Source of the DNA: Patescibacteria group bacterium
Lineage (GTDB): Bacteria > Patescibacteriota > Patescibacteriia > JBHPGJ01
Length of the DNA stretch: 64,000 nucleotides
Assembly (NCBI GenBank): GCA_042570545.1
Contig: JBHPGJ010000004.1
Span: 2,223 to 66,222 of the forward strand
Direction of reading: 5' to 3'
Part shown: piece after piece, positions 26,698-35,884 of the stretch
Layout of the letters: every line of letters starts with the position of its first letter
Numbering within the stretch: the first letter of the stretch is position 1
Position numbers and translations under genes: made by a program
The notes under the pieces: generated by a model
What the model was told of the DNA's origin: nothing
Databases searched by the model: none
Seen by the model: only the letters and a program-made list of their open reading frames with translations

Positions 26698-27081
26698 CTA
26701 TGGCTGTACAGCCACGGCGCCGCCGCTGACGTCTAGATACTCAATCGTATCTGTCTGTACTAATTGTAGATCACTTATTTTGCTTTCTACTTGAGATAAA
26801 GACTGCAAATTAGCCACCCTTAACTCTAGTTGACCGTTTTGTAGTCTAAGTTCATCAACTTCAGTCCTCAGATCATCTAAGGCAAAGCCGCCAGTGGCCA
26901 CATTATTTATTATGACAATATAAGCCAGCCCCATAACAATCACCAGGATAAAAACAATATATCTAAGTTTTGGTTCGATTTTTCCCAAAGATAGCCTTTT
27001 AACAAAAGATTGATTAGCTGGTTGATTAAAGTTTGTCATAATTTTATTTTTATATGATTTCGGCACAGCGTAATTTCGCAC
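26698..27081 (-). CDS. ftsL: cell division protein FtsL-like (TM plus coiled coil)
   Basis: 127 aa with a single TM followed by a leucine-zipper-like coiled coil. It sits between rsmH and ftsI. Confidence 0.55.
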   Translation of the reverse strand: MRNYAVPKSYKNKIMTNFNQPANQSFVKRLSLGKIEPKLRYIVFILVIVMGLAYIVIINNVATGGFALDDLRTEVDELRLQNGQLELRVANLQSLSQVESKISDLQLVQTDTIEYLDVSGGAVAVQP

Positions 27082-28018
27082 TACGACTGGCCGGGTTTTT
27101 ATTTATTTCTTCTTGTTTTGGTATTTGTGGTTTTTTGGTAAGTATTTTTAATCTGGCCTCATGATCACAAACGCACTTTGGCAGACTTGGTGGACAGATA
27201 CAATCTTTACTTTCAGCTTTAAAATATTTTTTAACGATTCTATCCTCAAGAGAGTGATAACTTATCACTACCAAGCGGCTACCGACGCCCATTATAGAGG
27301 TGAGACTTTTTAAGCCACCATCTAATTCCCCTAACTCATCATTGACAGCGATACGCAGTGCTTGAAAAATTTTTGTGGCGGGATGTCTTCCGCCAATCCA
27401 TGGTTGCCGTGATTTGGTCTTTAGCTTTTTTTTATACACCCCGTCTATTATCTCGGTTAATTGTTTGGTTCTGTTAATCGGCTCTAGCTTTCTAGCAACA
27501 ACTATCTGGCGGGCGATAGGGACGGCTTGACGTTCTTCACCGTAGTCTTTAAATATTTTTATTAATGTGGCAAGGGACGATTTATTTATAATTAGCTCGG
27601 CTGTTTTTTCAGATGATGAATCAAACCGCATATCAAGCGGTTCATCTTTTAGAAAGGTAAATCCTCTCCCGGTAAAACGGAGCTGATCCAGTGAGAGGCC
27701 AAGGTCCAATAATGCTCCGCTAAAATTAATAGTATTAAATAGTTCATCATTTTTTATTATTTGTTTTACTTCAGAATATTTTTTTTGAAATAAATATACC
27801 CGAGATCTATATTGATGTAATTTTTGTTCAGCTAATCTTACTGCGCCATGATCACGATCGAACCCTAATAATATCCCTCGCGGTTTAGTAAGCCTCAGTA
27901 ATTCTTCGGCGTGTCCTCCACCTCCAACTGTTGCGTCAATATAATTTTTGTCCGTTGCCGGCTTCAACCAGCCCAATACTTCCGACACCATTACCGGTGT
28001 GTGGCTACTGTTGGACAT
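27050..28018 (-). CDS. rsmH: 16S rRNA (cytosine1402-N4)-methyltransferase RsmH/MraW
   Basis: 322 aa with HTPVMVSEVLGWL...YIDATVGGGGHAEELL. It lies immediately downstream of mraZ. Confidence 0.92.
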   Translation of the reverse strand: MSNSSHTPVMVSEVLGWLKPATDKNYIDATVGGGGHAEELLRLTKPRGILLGFDRDHGAVRLAEQKLHQYRSRVYLFQKKYSEVKQIIKNDELFNTINFSGALLDLGLSLDQLRFTGRGFTFLKDEPLDMRFDSSSEKTAELIINKSSLATLIKIFKDYGEERQAVPIARQIVVARKLEPINRTKQLTEIIDGVYKKKLKTKSRQPWIGGRHPATKIFQALRIAVNDELGELDGGLKSLTSIMGVGSRLVVISYHSLEDRIVKKYFKAESKDCICPPSLPKCVCDHEARLKILTKKPQIPKQEEINKNPASRSAKLRCAEII

Positions 28019-28030
28019 TTTTAAAACGAT

Positions 28031-28462
28031 CTAAACGCTTAACTCATCTAACGCTTCAGCAATATCACTTGAACTTTTTTCACTATCACCCTTGTATTGC
28101 TCCCAGCTGGTGGCGTCCCAGATCTCCAACCGGTCGGAAACTCCAGCTATTATGGTTTTCTTTTTTAATTCAGCGTAACTTCGAAGGTAATCCGGCAGAA
28201 TGATTCTGCCCTGTTTGTCTAATTCAACTTCCATCGCCCCGGTTAACATTAACCTGGCAAAAGCTCTGGTATTTGATTTGGATATAGGTAATTTTGATAT
28301 TTTATCTGCTAATTCTTCCCAAGCTTCTTTTGTATACAGTGATAGACAATTATCAATACCGCGCGTTACCACCGCTCCTTTAGCAAAAGCTGGCCGAAAC
28401 CTAACCGGTACGGCGATTCGACCCTTTTGATCAAGCGAATGATGATATTCTCCAATAAACAT
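28031..28462 (-). CDS. mraZ: transcriptional regulator MraZ
   Basis: 143 aa with the duplicated MraZ domain (MFIGEYHHSLDQKGRIAVP...KQGRIILP). Confidence 0.92.
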   Translation of the reverse strand: MFIGEYHHSLDQKGRIAVPVRFRPAFAKGAVVTRGIDNCLSLYTKEAWEELADKISKLPISKSNTRAFARLMLTGAMEVELDKQGRIILPDYLRSYAELKKKTIIAGVSDRLEIWDATSWEQYKGDSEKSSSDIAEALDELSV

Positions 28463-28496
28463 TTAATATTACAGAAATTTATTTGTTTAACATTGT

Positions 28497-28637
28497 TTAT
28501 CCACCGATTCATATGTTTTTCCCCACTTTTATCCACAAATCACCTTACATAACCATTTTATACCACAATAGACCTTATGTCAAGAAAATTGTGTAGTATA
28601 TTTACCACCCATTTCATTACTTATGAGTTATCCACAT
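28497..28637. promoter_or_regulatory. three same-orientation TTATCCAC(A/C) DnaA-box-like 9-mers, alternatively MraZ-type GTGG repeats, in the mraZ/lexA divergent region
   Basis: TTATCCACC at 28497-28505; TTATCCACA at 28529-28537 and 28629-28637. On the mraZ strand these are GTGGATAA, together with a GTGGgg repeat 10 bp away (28523-28526). Confidence 0.35.
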
Positions 28638-28644
28638 AATAATA

Positions 28645-28674
28645 TTGACTTTCGGTTTTTATTCGGTATATAAT
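28645..28674 (+). promoter_or_regulatory. lexA promoter TTGACT-N18-TATAAT; lexA mRNA probably leaderless
   Basis: TTGACT at 28645-28650 and TATAAT at 28669-28674. The ATG at 28681 lies 6 nt after the -10 hexamer. The ORF-track TTG start at 28645 is the -35 hexamer. Confidence 0.5.
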
Positions 28675-28680
28675 TTCTAC

Positions 28681-29295
28681 ATGGCTCCAATATTACCCAA
28701 AAAGAAAAAAGAGTTACTCGCCTTTTTAAAGGATTATATTAATAACAATGGTTATGCTCCTACTCTAACTGAGATAGCCAAACATTATGGCCTATCCTCA
28801 TTAGCTACGGTGCATGAACATTTATCTTTCTTGGAGCAACGCGGATTTATAAAAAGAGATAAAAGCCAAGCCAGGGGTATATCGGTTAAAGAAAATTTGG
28901 TAGAGAAAAAAAATATTGGCGGAGTACCATTGCCCCTACTCGGTACGATTACTGCTGGCGCGCCAATTGAAGCAATTGAAGATCGTCAAGACAATATTAC
29001 TGTTCCACAAGAAGTACTTGGCAACAAAGAATCATATTTACTTAAAGTTAAGGGAGACTCAATGATAGAAAGTAATATATCTGATGGTGATTACGTTATT
29101 GTTGAAAAGACCAGCACTGCCAAGAATGGTGAAATGATAGTTGCTCTGCTTGACGATGGTTCAGCAACACTGAAAAAATTCTACAAGCAGAAAAGTAATA
29201 TTAAATTACAACCAGCCAATAAAAATTATAATCCACTAATTGTACCCAACGTTGCTATCCAGGGTCGGGTTTTGGGAATAATTAGAAAGTACTAA
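28681..29295 (+). CDS. lexA: LexA repressor (S24 peptidase)
   Basis: 204 aa from the ATG at 28681 with an N-terminal wHTH (YAPTLTEIAKHYGLSS), the cleavage region AGAPIE, catalytic Ser in GDSM and Lys in TLKKF. Confidence 0.9.
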   Translation: MAPILPKKKKELLAFLKDYINNNGYAPTLTEIAKHYGLSSLATVHEHLSFLEQRGFIKRDKSQARGISVKENLVEKKNIGGVPLPLLGTITAGAPIEAIEDRQDNITVPQEVLGNKESYLLKVKGDSMIESNISDGDYVIVEKTSTAKNGEMIVALLDDGSATLKKFYKQKSNIKLQPANKNYNPLIVPNVAIQGRVLGIIRKY

Positions 29296-29330
29296 ATTTT
29301 TTAATTATCAACTTCGGTTATTATTCGGTC

Positions 29331-30455
29331 ATGAATAAAAGTAAAATAATTCACTTATCAATTGACTGTTTCTTCGCCTCGGTGGAACAAGCTGAGCACC
29401 AGGATTTGACCGACCGGCCGGTGGCGGTGATTGATGTCAACAATAGATTTATTGTAAGTCTCAGTCCACAAGCCAGGACTCTTGGTCTTCGTAAAAACAT
29501 GTTATTATCAGCGGCCATAAAAAAATCCCCCACAACCAGATATTTGCGTGGTGATATAGCTCTGTACCAAAAATATTCTGAAATATTTTATAAAATACTT
29601 TATTCATATACTGACAATATCGAGCCGCTTACCTTAGATCAGGCCTACATTGACATGGGCGATGTTACTATCAAGCAATGTCAGCAAATGGTTAATTCCA
29701 TCCGCCAAAAATTTCAAACACAACTAAACTTAACTGCCAGATTCGGCATAGCTCAAAATAAGATAACAGCTTACATTGCCTGCCATAGCCAGAAACCAAA
29801 CGGTAATACATATGTAAACTTCGGACAAGAGAAAAAGTTTCTAAATAGTCTAGACATTTCTAATTTACCGGGAATCGGAATCCGTACTCGCCGAGCGCTG
29901 CAAGGTTATGGCATAAAGACTCTTCGTCAGTTAGCCTTGGCGCCTGATAATTTTTTAAAAGATGAATTTGGTTCTCCCGGTTTGAGATTAAAAAATTTAG
30001 CTGGCGGTAATGACAATAGACCTATTCAAAAAATAAATCGAACCAAAACCATATCAAGACTACAGACAATAAAACCTACACGTAATATTTGGCAAATTTA
30101 TTCAGTGATTAACGATCTGTGCCTACAATTATCTCATCAGTTGAATAATCAATCTCGTCAAACTACTAAAATATCCCTAGTTCTATATTTCAACGATAAG
30201 GCTAAAAGACAATCTATTAAAATTCCATTTCCAATACATAACAAACAAGATATTGAAAAATATGCATTGAAAATACTAACCCAACAATTAATAAATGGAA
30301 ATAATATAACCAAGGTTGAAATAAAGCTATTAGAACTAACAGCTAATATAAAGGAAAATTATTTTTTTAATAACACACTTTCTTCGATTCAAAACATACA
30401 GCATTCAATGTCGTTATTGTATCACCGCTTTGGTTGGCGCTCGCCGGTTATTTAA
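29331..30455 (+). CDS. dinB: Y-family DNA polymerase (DinB/Pol IV-like)
   Basis: 374 aa with the catalytic IDCFFASVEQ and LDQAYIDM motifs and the HhH motif LPGIGIRTRRAL. It is co-directional with lexA. Confidence 0.85.
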   Translation: MNKSKIIHLSIDCFFASVEQAEHQDLTDRPVAVIDVNNRFIVSLSPQARTLGLRKNMLLSAAIKKSPTTRYLRGDIALYQKYSEIFYKILYSYTDNIEPLTLDQAYIDMGDVTIKQCQQMVNSIRQKFQTQLNLTARFGIAQNKITAYIACHSQKPNGNTYVNFGQEKKFLNSLDISNLPGIGIRTRRALQGYGIKTLRQLALAPDNFLKDEFGSPGLRLKNLAGGNDNRPIQKINRTKTISRLQTIKPTRNIWQIYSVINDLCLQLSHQLNNQSRQTTKISLVLYFNDKAKRQSIKIPFPIHNKQDIEKYALKILTQQLINGNNITKVEIKLLELTANIKENYFFNNTLSSIQNIQHSMSLLYHRFGWRSPVI

Positions 30456-30870
30456 TTATTTTTGCTCTTTTCTTTTTAGATTTTGTTAAATGTGGTGGAC
30501 GGCCATAATATGGCACAATAGAAACACCTATTTTTTTATTTTTCAACATTTTTTCTGCTTTTAAAATAAAATCCTTAAAATTATCTACTCTGTCACTTCT
30601 TATTGATATTATTGGTATTTTTAATAATAACGCTAGGGTGTTGGCAGTAACTATGCCTACTCTTACTGATGTAAACGGGCCCGGTCCATTTACTACGGCT
30701 ATGCCAGAAATATTCTGAAAATTTTTATTCTGTTTCTCAATAATCTTTACTATGTTCGGCAGCAACAGTTTTGTGCTAATTGCATTATCAGTTAATCTAA
30801 CAATTTTTTTTACTGAACCAAACTTCAATAAAATACGGTCCGGTTTAGTTGTATCAATAAAAAGATTCAC
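30448..30870 (-). CDS. tsaB: TsaB/YeaZ-like (Kae1/TsaD-family N-terminal domain) protein
   Basis: 140 aa with the motif IAVVNGPGPFTSVRVG (TsaB GPGSFTG(L/V)RIG). Shorter than typical TsaB. Confidence 0.5.
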   Translation of the reverse strand: MNLFIDTTKPDRILLKFGSVKKIVRLTDNAISTKLLLPNIVKIIEKQNKNFQNISGIAVVNGPGPFTSVRVGIVTANTLALLLKIPIISIRSDRVDNFKDFILKAEKMLKNKKIGVSIVPYYGRPPHLTKSKKKRAKIIK

Positions 30871-32042
30871 TATAAATATAGATTTATTAATTGCCGAGCT
30901 ATTTTGGTTATATTCATTTGTAATGCTTTTTTAGGCGATACCCAGCAATAATCAGTGTGTTCCCAATTTAATCCTATACCTGTCCTTTTAGAATCAATAA
31001 TAAATAGAGTAAGAACCCAATTAATATCAAATTTTTTGTTATGTATTTTTTGATCATTTATTTCTTTAATAATCTTTAAGTATTTTCTGCTCAATCCCAC
31101 TTCCTGCTTTATTTCTTCATATATTTGATTATCCGGCTTTGTTTTTTGGTCTAGAAATCCTCCGACCATAGACCACTTGCCTCGATCGGAAAACACTTCA
31201 TAACTTCTTTTCATTAATAAAATGTTTTTTTTGTGCCGTATAATAGAAATTACGCCCGGTATTTTATCTCGACCAACTGTATACTTAGCAAACTCTGTCA
31301 CATCGCGCACCAGGCGTTGGCCGCCTTTACCGATCGGAAAATTATGTCCCACGCCTCGATAAATATTGATTTTTTTAAACTCACTATCACAGTATTTATA
31401 TAATTGTTGACTGTCATCCATGGGTATCCACCGATCTTTACTACCATGAATGATTAAGGTTGGTACTCTTATCTTCTTGGCTGACAAAAAAATATTGTGA
31501 TTTTTAAAATCATTAAAAAATTTCTTTGAGAGTTTATAGACGCCCCCTCCATGAGGGTTTGGAATGTTTACAGTTGATTTACTTTTTAGCTCATCCAGAT
31601 ACTCTTTAAAATAATTATTATGAGTTTTGTCCAATTTTGCTATGGGTGCGATAGCAATTAAACTATTTATAAACTGTTTTTCCTTAGCGGCTGCCAATAA
31701 AACTACTGCGCCACCCATACTATGGCCAATCACCGCTACCCTTCTTACTCCCCTTGTTCGTAAATATTTTACAGCGTCGATCGTTTCGTTAATTTGTTTT
31801 GTATAAGTTAAATCTTGAAACCTGCCGTCTGACTGCATATTACCCCCAAAGTCAAAACGCAGCGCCCACAGCCCTGACCGGGCTAATTGATAGCCCAGTT
31901 GTGGTATGAAATTGAAATCTTTACCACCTTGCATACCATGGCATAAAATAACTCCGCCGGTTGATTTTTTTATTGGCTGATGCAACACGCCAGCTAATTT
32001 CTCACCGTATCTATTCTTAAATTTAACTAGGCTGGTTTTCAT
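30870..32042 (-). CDS. fusion protein: N-terminal alpha/beta hydrolase plus C-terminal Nudix hydrolase
   Basis: 390 aa. The N-terminal part has HGMQGG and GHSMGG (GxSxG nucleophile elbow). The C-terminal part has the Nudix-box-like GGFLDQKTKPDNQIYEEIKQEVGL. Confidence 0.6.
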   Translation of the reverse strand: MKTSLVKFKNRYGEKLAGVLHQPIKKSTGGVILCHGMQGGKDFNFIPQLGYQLARSGLWALRFDFGGNMQSDGRFQDLTYTKQINETIDAVKYLRTRGVRRVAVIGHSMGGAVVLLAAAKEKQFINSLIAIAPIAKLDKTHNNYFKEYLDELKSKSTVNIPNPHGGGVYKLSKKFFNDFKNHNIFLSAKKIRVPTLIIHGSKDRWIPMDDSQQLYKYCDSEFKKINIYRGVGHNFPIGKGGQRLVRDVTEFAKYTVGRDKIPGVISIIRHKKNILLMKRSYEVFSDRGKWSMVGGFLDQKTKPDNQIYEEIKQEVGLSRKYLKIIKEINDQKIHNKKFDINWVLTLFIIDSKRTGIGLNWEHTDYCWVSPKKALQMNITKIARQLINLYL

Positions 32043-32958
32043 TACTGTATTTATCTTTTATTCTTTGATTCAATATGGTCACTCTGGCAATGGCTAACAG
32101 CAACACAGCGCCCCCAATTAATTGCATTGGCACCAATGATTGCTCTAAAATTATCCAGTTTATTATCACGGCTGATAAGGGCCAGGTAAGCTCAGCAATT
32201 GTGGCAACCGATGCTTTTGTTTTAGCCAGTCCACGATAGTAAATCAATAATGCAAAAGTACCCGGTATTAATACTATTAATAATAATTTAATAAATTGAT
32301 CTGAGGTAAGCTGACCAATTAAATTTGTATTGCCCTGCCATAATAATATGGCAAATAGGGCTACGGCTCCGCCACCTAGTCGTAAGGCTGTTAACTGATA
32401 ATATGATATTCGTTTCAGAACTATTCGGCCAAAGACAGTTGAGCCACCCCAGAAAAATGCCGCGATCAAGGCATAGAATATTCCTATAGCGCCCCCCTCA
32501 TAAATACTTAGGTTGGGAAGAATATCTGGAAATGATACCAAATAAGCACCGCCGATAGCTAAGAACGCCCACCACCAGAAATTTTTTGGCATTTTCTCAT
32601 GAAGAAAAATAGTGGCCAGCATAATCGCTATCAGTGGTTGCGTTTTCTGTAATAAAATAGCCACTGAAGGTGATACATGCGAAAATGATGCTGTAAAAGC
32701 TAGGGTGGCTATTACCGATCCGCCAATAGTTATAAAAAGAAAAGCCCCCCATTCTTTTACTGACAATCTTTTTAATAATTTTACAGCCTTCCAAATAAGT
32801 GGCAGTAAAATTAGTGCACCTAAAGCATGCTCGGCAAATACTATCATAGTTGCAGATATTTGCTCAGTAAGTGGAAATCGAAATACCGTATCAGTGCTCC
32901 ATAATATAGCCGCAATAATTATAAACACTGGGCCAGCTATAGAAATATATTTTTTCAC
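32023..32958 (-). CDS. EamA/DMT-family transporter
   Basis: 311 aa, 10 TM helices, two EamA-like halves. Confidence 0.7.
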   Translation of the reverse strand: MKKYISIAGPVFIIIAAILWSTDTVFRFPLTEQISATMIVFAEHALGALILLPLIWKAVKLLKRLSVKEWGAFLFITIGGSVIATLAFTASFSHVSPSVAILLQKTQPLIAIMLATIFLHEKMPKNFWWWAFLAIGGAYLVSFPDILPNLSIYEGGAIGIFYALIAAFFWGGSTVFGRIVLKRISYYQLTALRLGGGAVALFAILLWQGNTNLIGQLTSDQFIKLLLIVLIPGTFALLIYYRGLAKTKASVATIAELTWPLSAVIINWIILEQSLVPMQLIGGAVLLLAIARVTILNQRIKDKYSNENQPS

Positions 32959-33521
32959 AACTTTAATCCAAACTTATTTAATAATATTATATTGGGGTGA
33001 TCCAATATTGCTATGAGAAATCTATCTGTCAAATTATGACGATACTGAAATTCAGCTTTTGACATAGTGGTGTATGATATTTCATGGTCTACGTCTTTTT
33101 GTACCGCTGATATCATTCTTTTTACCCGGCCTTTATTTACGGTACCAACGATTAATAAGTCGGTCAGTGTGTGTGTTTGTGAAGTAAAAAAACCAGTCAA
33201 AATCAAAGCCTGTAATCCTTTTAGTTTTGATAGTTTCTGCAGGGCTGAGCGTTCATGAAATAATTGTGCTTTAAAGAATAAATCTTTCAACTCTTTAAGG
33301 ATTGGGAATTTACTGTCAATTTTATAATATTTCTTTGTTCCAGCGCCCTCGCTTATCAGCAGTCCAACCTGAATTAAGTTGTTGAGTTCGCGGCGGACAG
33401 AGTGTATGTGTCCACCAATTGATCGAGTCAGCTCCCGAGTATAATAAGACTGTTCCGGATTATTTAGAAATAGTCGGAGAAGTTTGACGCGTGTTCTTGA
33501 GCTAAATAGTTGTTCAAGCAT
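32955..33521 (-). CDS. winged-helix DNA-binding protein (putative transcriptional regulator)
   Basis: 188 aa with an N-terminal HTH (YYTRELTRSIGGHIHSVRRELNNLIQVGLL). It is divergent from the 33634 gene. Confidence 0.35.
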   Translation of the reverse strand: MLEQLFSSRTRVKLLRLFLNNPEQSYYTRELTRSIGGHIHSVRRELNNLIQVGLLISEGAGTKKYYKIDSKFPILKELKDLFFKAQLFHERSALQKLSKLKGLQALILTGFFTSQTHTLTDLLIVGTVNKGRVKRMISAVQKDVDHEISYTTMSKAEFQYRHNLTDRFLIAILDHPNIILLNKFGLKL

Positions 33522-33633
33522 ATAAGTCTATCTAACTAGCTTAGTATAGCTGATAGTGAAACCAAGTGACAAGGGTTAATTGTAATTTTAGCTCATTTTT
33601 AATACAATTAGATAGCTATCACTATACACTCAC

Positions 33634-35874
33634 ATGACAAATGACAACAATGAACTGAGTTTGGCCGCCGATAAACTAATCTTATCGGACCCAACTTATT
33701 CTCGCCGTACTATACACGCTGAGATAAGTACGCCTTCAGCAAAAGATGAGCGCATCTTGGGAAGGTTGTTTTTTGTCTTAGAAATTGAAAATACTAACGA
33801 CGATAATACCACTTTATTTCACGACTTCCAAACTTCTATAACTAACGCTTATTATCGCAACCGAGAGGGTTCGATAGAATTATCATTCGAACGAGCAGTA
33901 CAAGAAGGCAACAACATCATCAGAAGACATTTGACCGAAATAAATAAAGATATTATAAATAATTTTAATGGTTTAGTGGCTGTCATCCATGAAAATGAAT
34001 TACATCTAACATCTGTCGGCAATATCAATGCTTTCTTGTCTCGGGGTTCTCGTATTATGGAGATTATCGACCACCCAGAAAGTGAAAAAGTAAATCCAGT
34101 AAAATTTTTTTCACACTTAGTATCTGGCGAAGTTCAAGTTGGCGATAGAATATTATTCAGCACTGCCAGCATACTTGATTACCTATCCCAAGAAAAAATT
34201 CGACAAATAATAAGCGGTACTACGACAGCTAATGCAATTTTTACTCTGGAATCATTATTAAAAGACAGCCTACATCAGTCTTCGTTTGCCGCTATTATAG
34301 TCGGCTTACAAACTGGACAACAGCTAGCGAGGCCTCAGCCTACCTCGCCGGCCAAGCCACTTATGGCTCAATCATCTATTGACGAACTTAATGCCAAATC
34401 ACGATATACATCTGAACTCCTGCGACCATCAGTTAGGCCCAAAATAAGAGAATGGCTTGCTAATACCGGCTCATCAGTTGCCAGCTTCGCTCGCACACGA
34501 TTACTTCGCAAACCGCCAAAACGACGACTTGAGCAAGTTGGTCAACCAATACAAGGAGATGCCTTACAATCTCATCGTGACCGACGAACAAAATTATTAA
34601 TTATCTTTAAAAAATTCTTTCAAATTGTATATCAAGGCATTGTTGGTACTTTTCAAGTTATTGTAAGAATTTTTCGACGGCCAAAGTCAGTAAAAGAGAG
34701 AATAGAGGAGCTGCCCGTCTCAACCAGCGACCAAATTAACAAATCAGTCTTATCATTTAACAGACTAAACCGCACCCAAAAAAGACTATTGCTTAGTGTG
34801 CTGATATTAATTTTTATCTTCTCTATTAGTGTTGTATGGCGCGGTGCGTCGCAAGAGGGTAAATTAAGTGACGAACAAAAAGTCAATCTTCAAAATACTA
34901 TTGAAGATAAACTTTTCACTGCATCATCGGCTATAACATATGGTGATGAAGCTGGCGCCATTGCTCTTTTGGATGAGGTAGCTACTCTAGTTGAAGATTA
35001 CCCCGATCGCAATAAAGAGGATAGCAATCAGCGCCAGTCATGGTTAGCTACTATTAACAGTGAACGAGAAAAGACAAAACACATCACTACCATTGAGTCG
35101 CCGCAGATAATCAGTGACCTGACAGCTGCTCAAATAAGCACACCAATACAAGATATGGTTTACCAAGATGGTAATATTTTTACTGCCAATAATGACATGC
35201 TGATTATGGTTTCACCTGAAGGTACTTTGGAAACATTCGACATACCTGAGCACGAAGGCGCAATATCACAATTGAGTTCTATAGGCTTAAATATTGTATT
35301 ACTACTGACCGATCAGGGTCAAATTATTGAATATAATACTATTGCTAAAGATTTTGATACCTATGATGTACCATTTGCAAATCAAGATAGACTAATAACC
35401 GATTTCTCCACTTATGAGAATCGAGTATACTTCTTAGATACAAAGAATAACCAAATCTTTAGGCATCCTCGAGGAGCAGCTGGTTATGGTGATGGCTCGG
35501 CTTGGTTAAGTGATGCTGATTTTTCTGTCAGCGAAGCTCAAGCAATAATGGTTGATGGCAATGTATATGTGATCAATCGACAAGGAATTATTACAGAATT
35601 GTTCCAGGGTCAAGCTCAGGATTTTTCTTTATCGATTGTTGATCCAGCCTTAGAGCACTCAAGTGCATTTTGGACTGATGTAGGGTCAAATTTCATTTAT
35701 TTATTAGATCCAGTTGGTAATAGATTAGTTATATTCACAAAGTCAGGAACCTTAAAAGATCAGTATGTATCACCGGCCTTCAACGGCGTACAATCACTGG
35801 CTGTGGCTGAAGAAAATTCAAACGTCTATATCCTTAACGGCAGTACTATATACCTGGTAGACTTAAATCAATAA
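33634..35874 (+). CDS. hypothetical bitopic membrane protein with a cytoplasmic N-domain and an extracytoplasmic beta-propeller-like C-domain
   Basis: 746 aa with a TM near aa 385. The C-terminal region has repeated blade-like segments (YVINRQGII, IYLLDPVGNRLVIF). Confidence 0.45.
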   Translation: MTNDNNELSLAADKLILSDPTYSRRTIHAEISTPSAKDERILGRLFFVLEIENTNDDNTTLFHDFQTSITNAYYRNREGSIELSFERAVQEGNNIIRRHLTEINKDIINNFNGLVAVIHENELHLTSVGNINAFLSRGSRIMEIIDHPESEKVNPVKFFSHLVSGEVQVGDRILFSTASILDYLSQEKIRQIISGTTTANAIFTLESLLKDSLHQSSFAAIIVGLQTGQQLARPQPTSPAKPLMAQSSIDELNAKSRYTSELLRPSVRPKIREWLANTGSSVASFARTRLLRKPPKRRLEQVGQPIQGDALQSHRDRRTKLLIIFKKFFQIVYQGIVGTFQVIVRIFRRPKSVKERIEELPVSTSDQINKSVLSFNRLNRTQKRLLLSVLILIFIFSISVVWRGASQEGKLSDEQKVNLQNTIEDKLFTASSAITYGDEAGAIALLDEVATLVEDYPDRNKEDSNQRQSWLATINSEREKTKHITTIESPQIISDLTAAQISTPIQDMVYQDGNIFTANNDMLIMVSPEGTLETFDIPEHEGAISQLSSIGLNIVLLLTDQGQIIEYNTIAKDFDTYDVPFANQDRLITDFSTYENRVYFLDTKNNQIFRHPRGAAGYGDGSAWLSDADFSVSEAQAIMVDGNVYVINRQGIITELFQGQAQDFSLSIVDPALEHSSAFWTDVGSNFIYLLDPVGNRLVIFTKSGTLKDQYVSPAFNGVQSLAVAEENSNVYILNGSTIYLVDLNQ

Positions 35875-35884
35875 TGTAATATTC

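Noticed and set aside
28645-28680. TTG start codon for lexA given by the ORF track
   Set aside because: The TTG is the -35 hexamer (TTGACT) of a near-consensus promoter. The in-frame ATG at 28681 reproduces the conserved LexA N-terminus.
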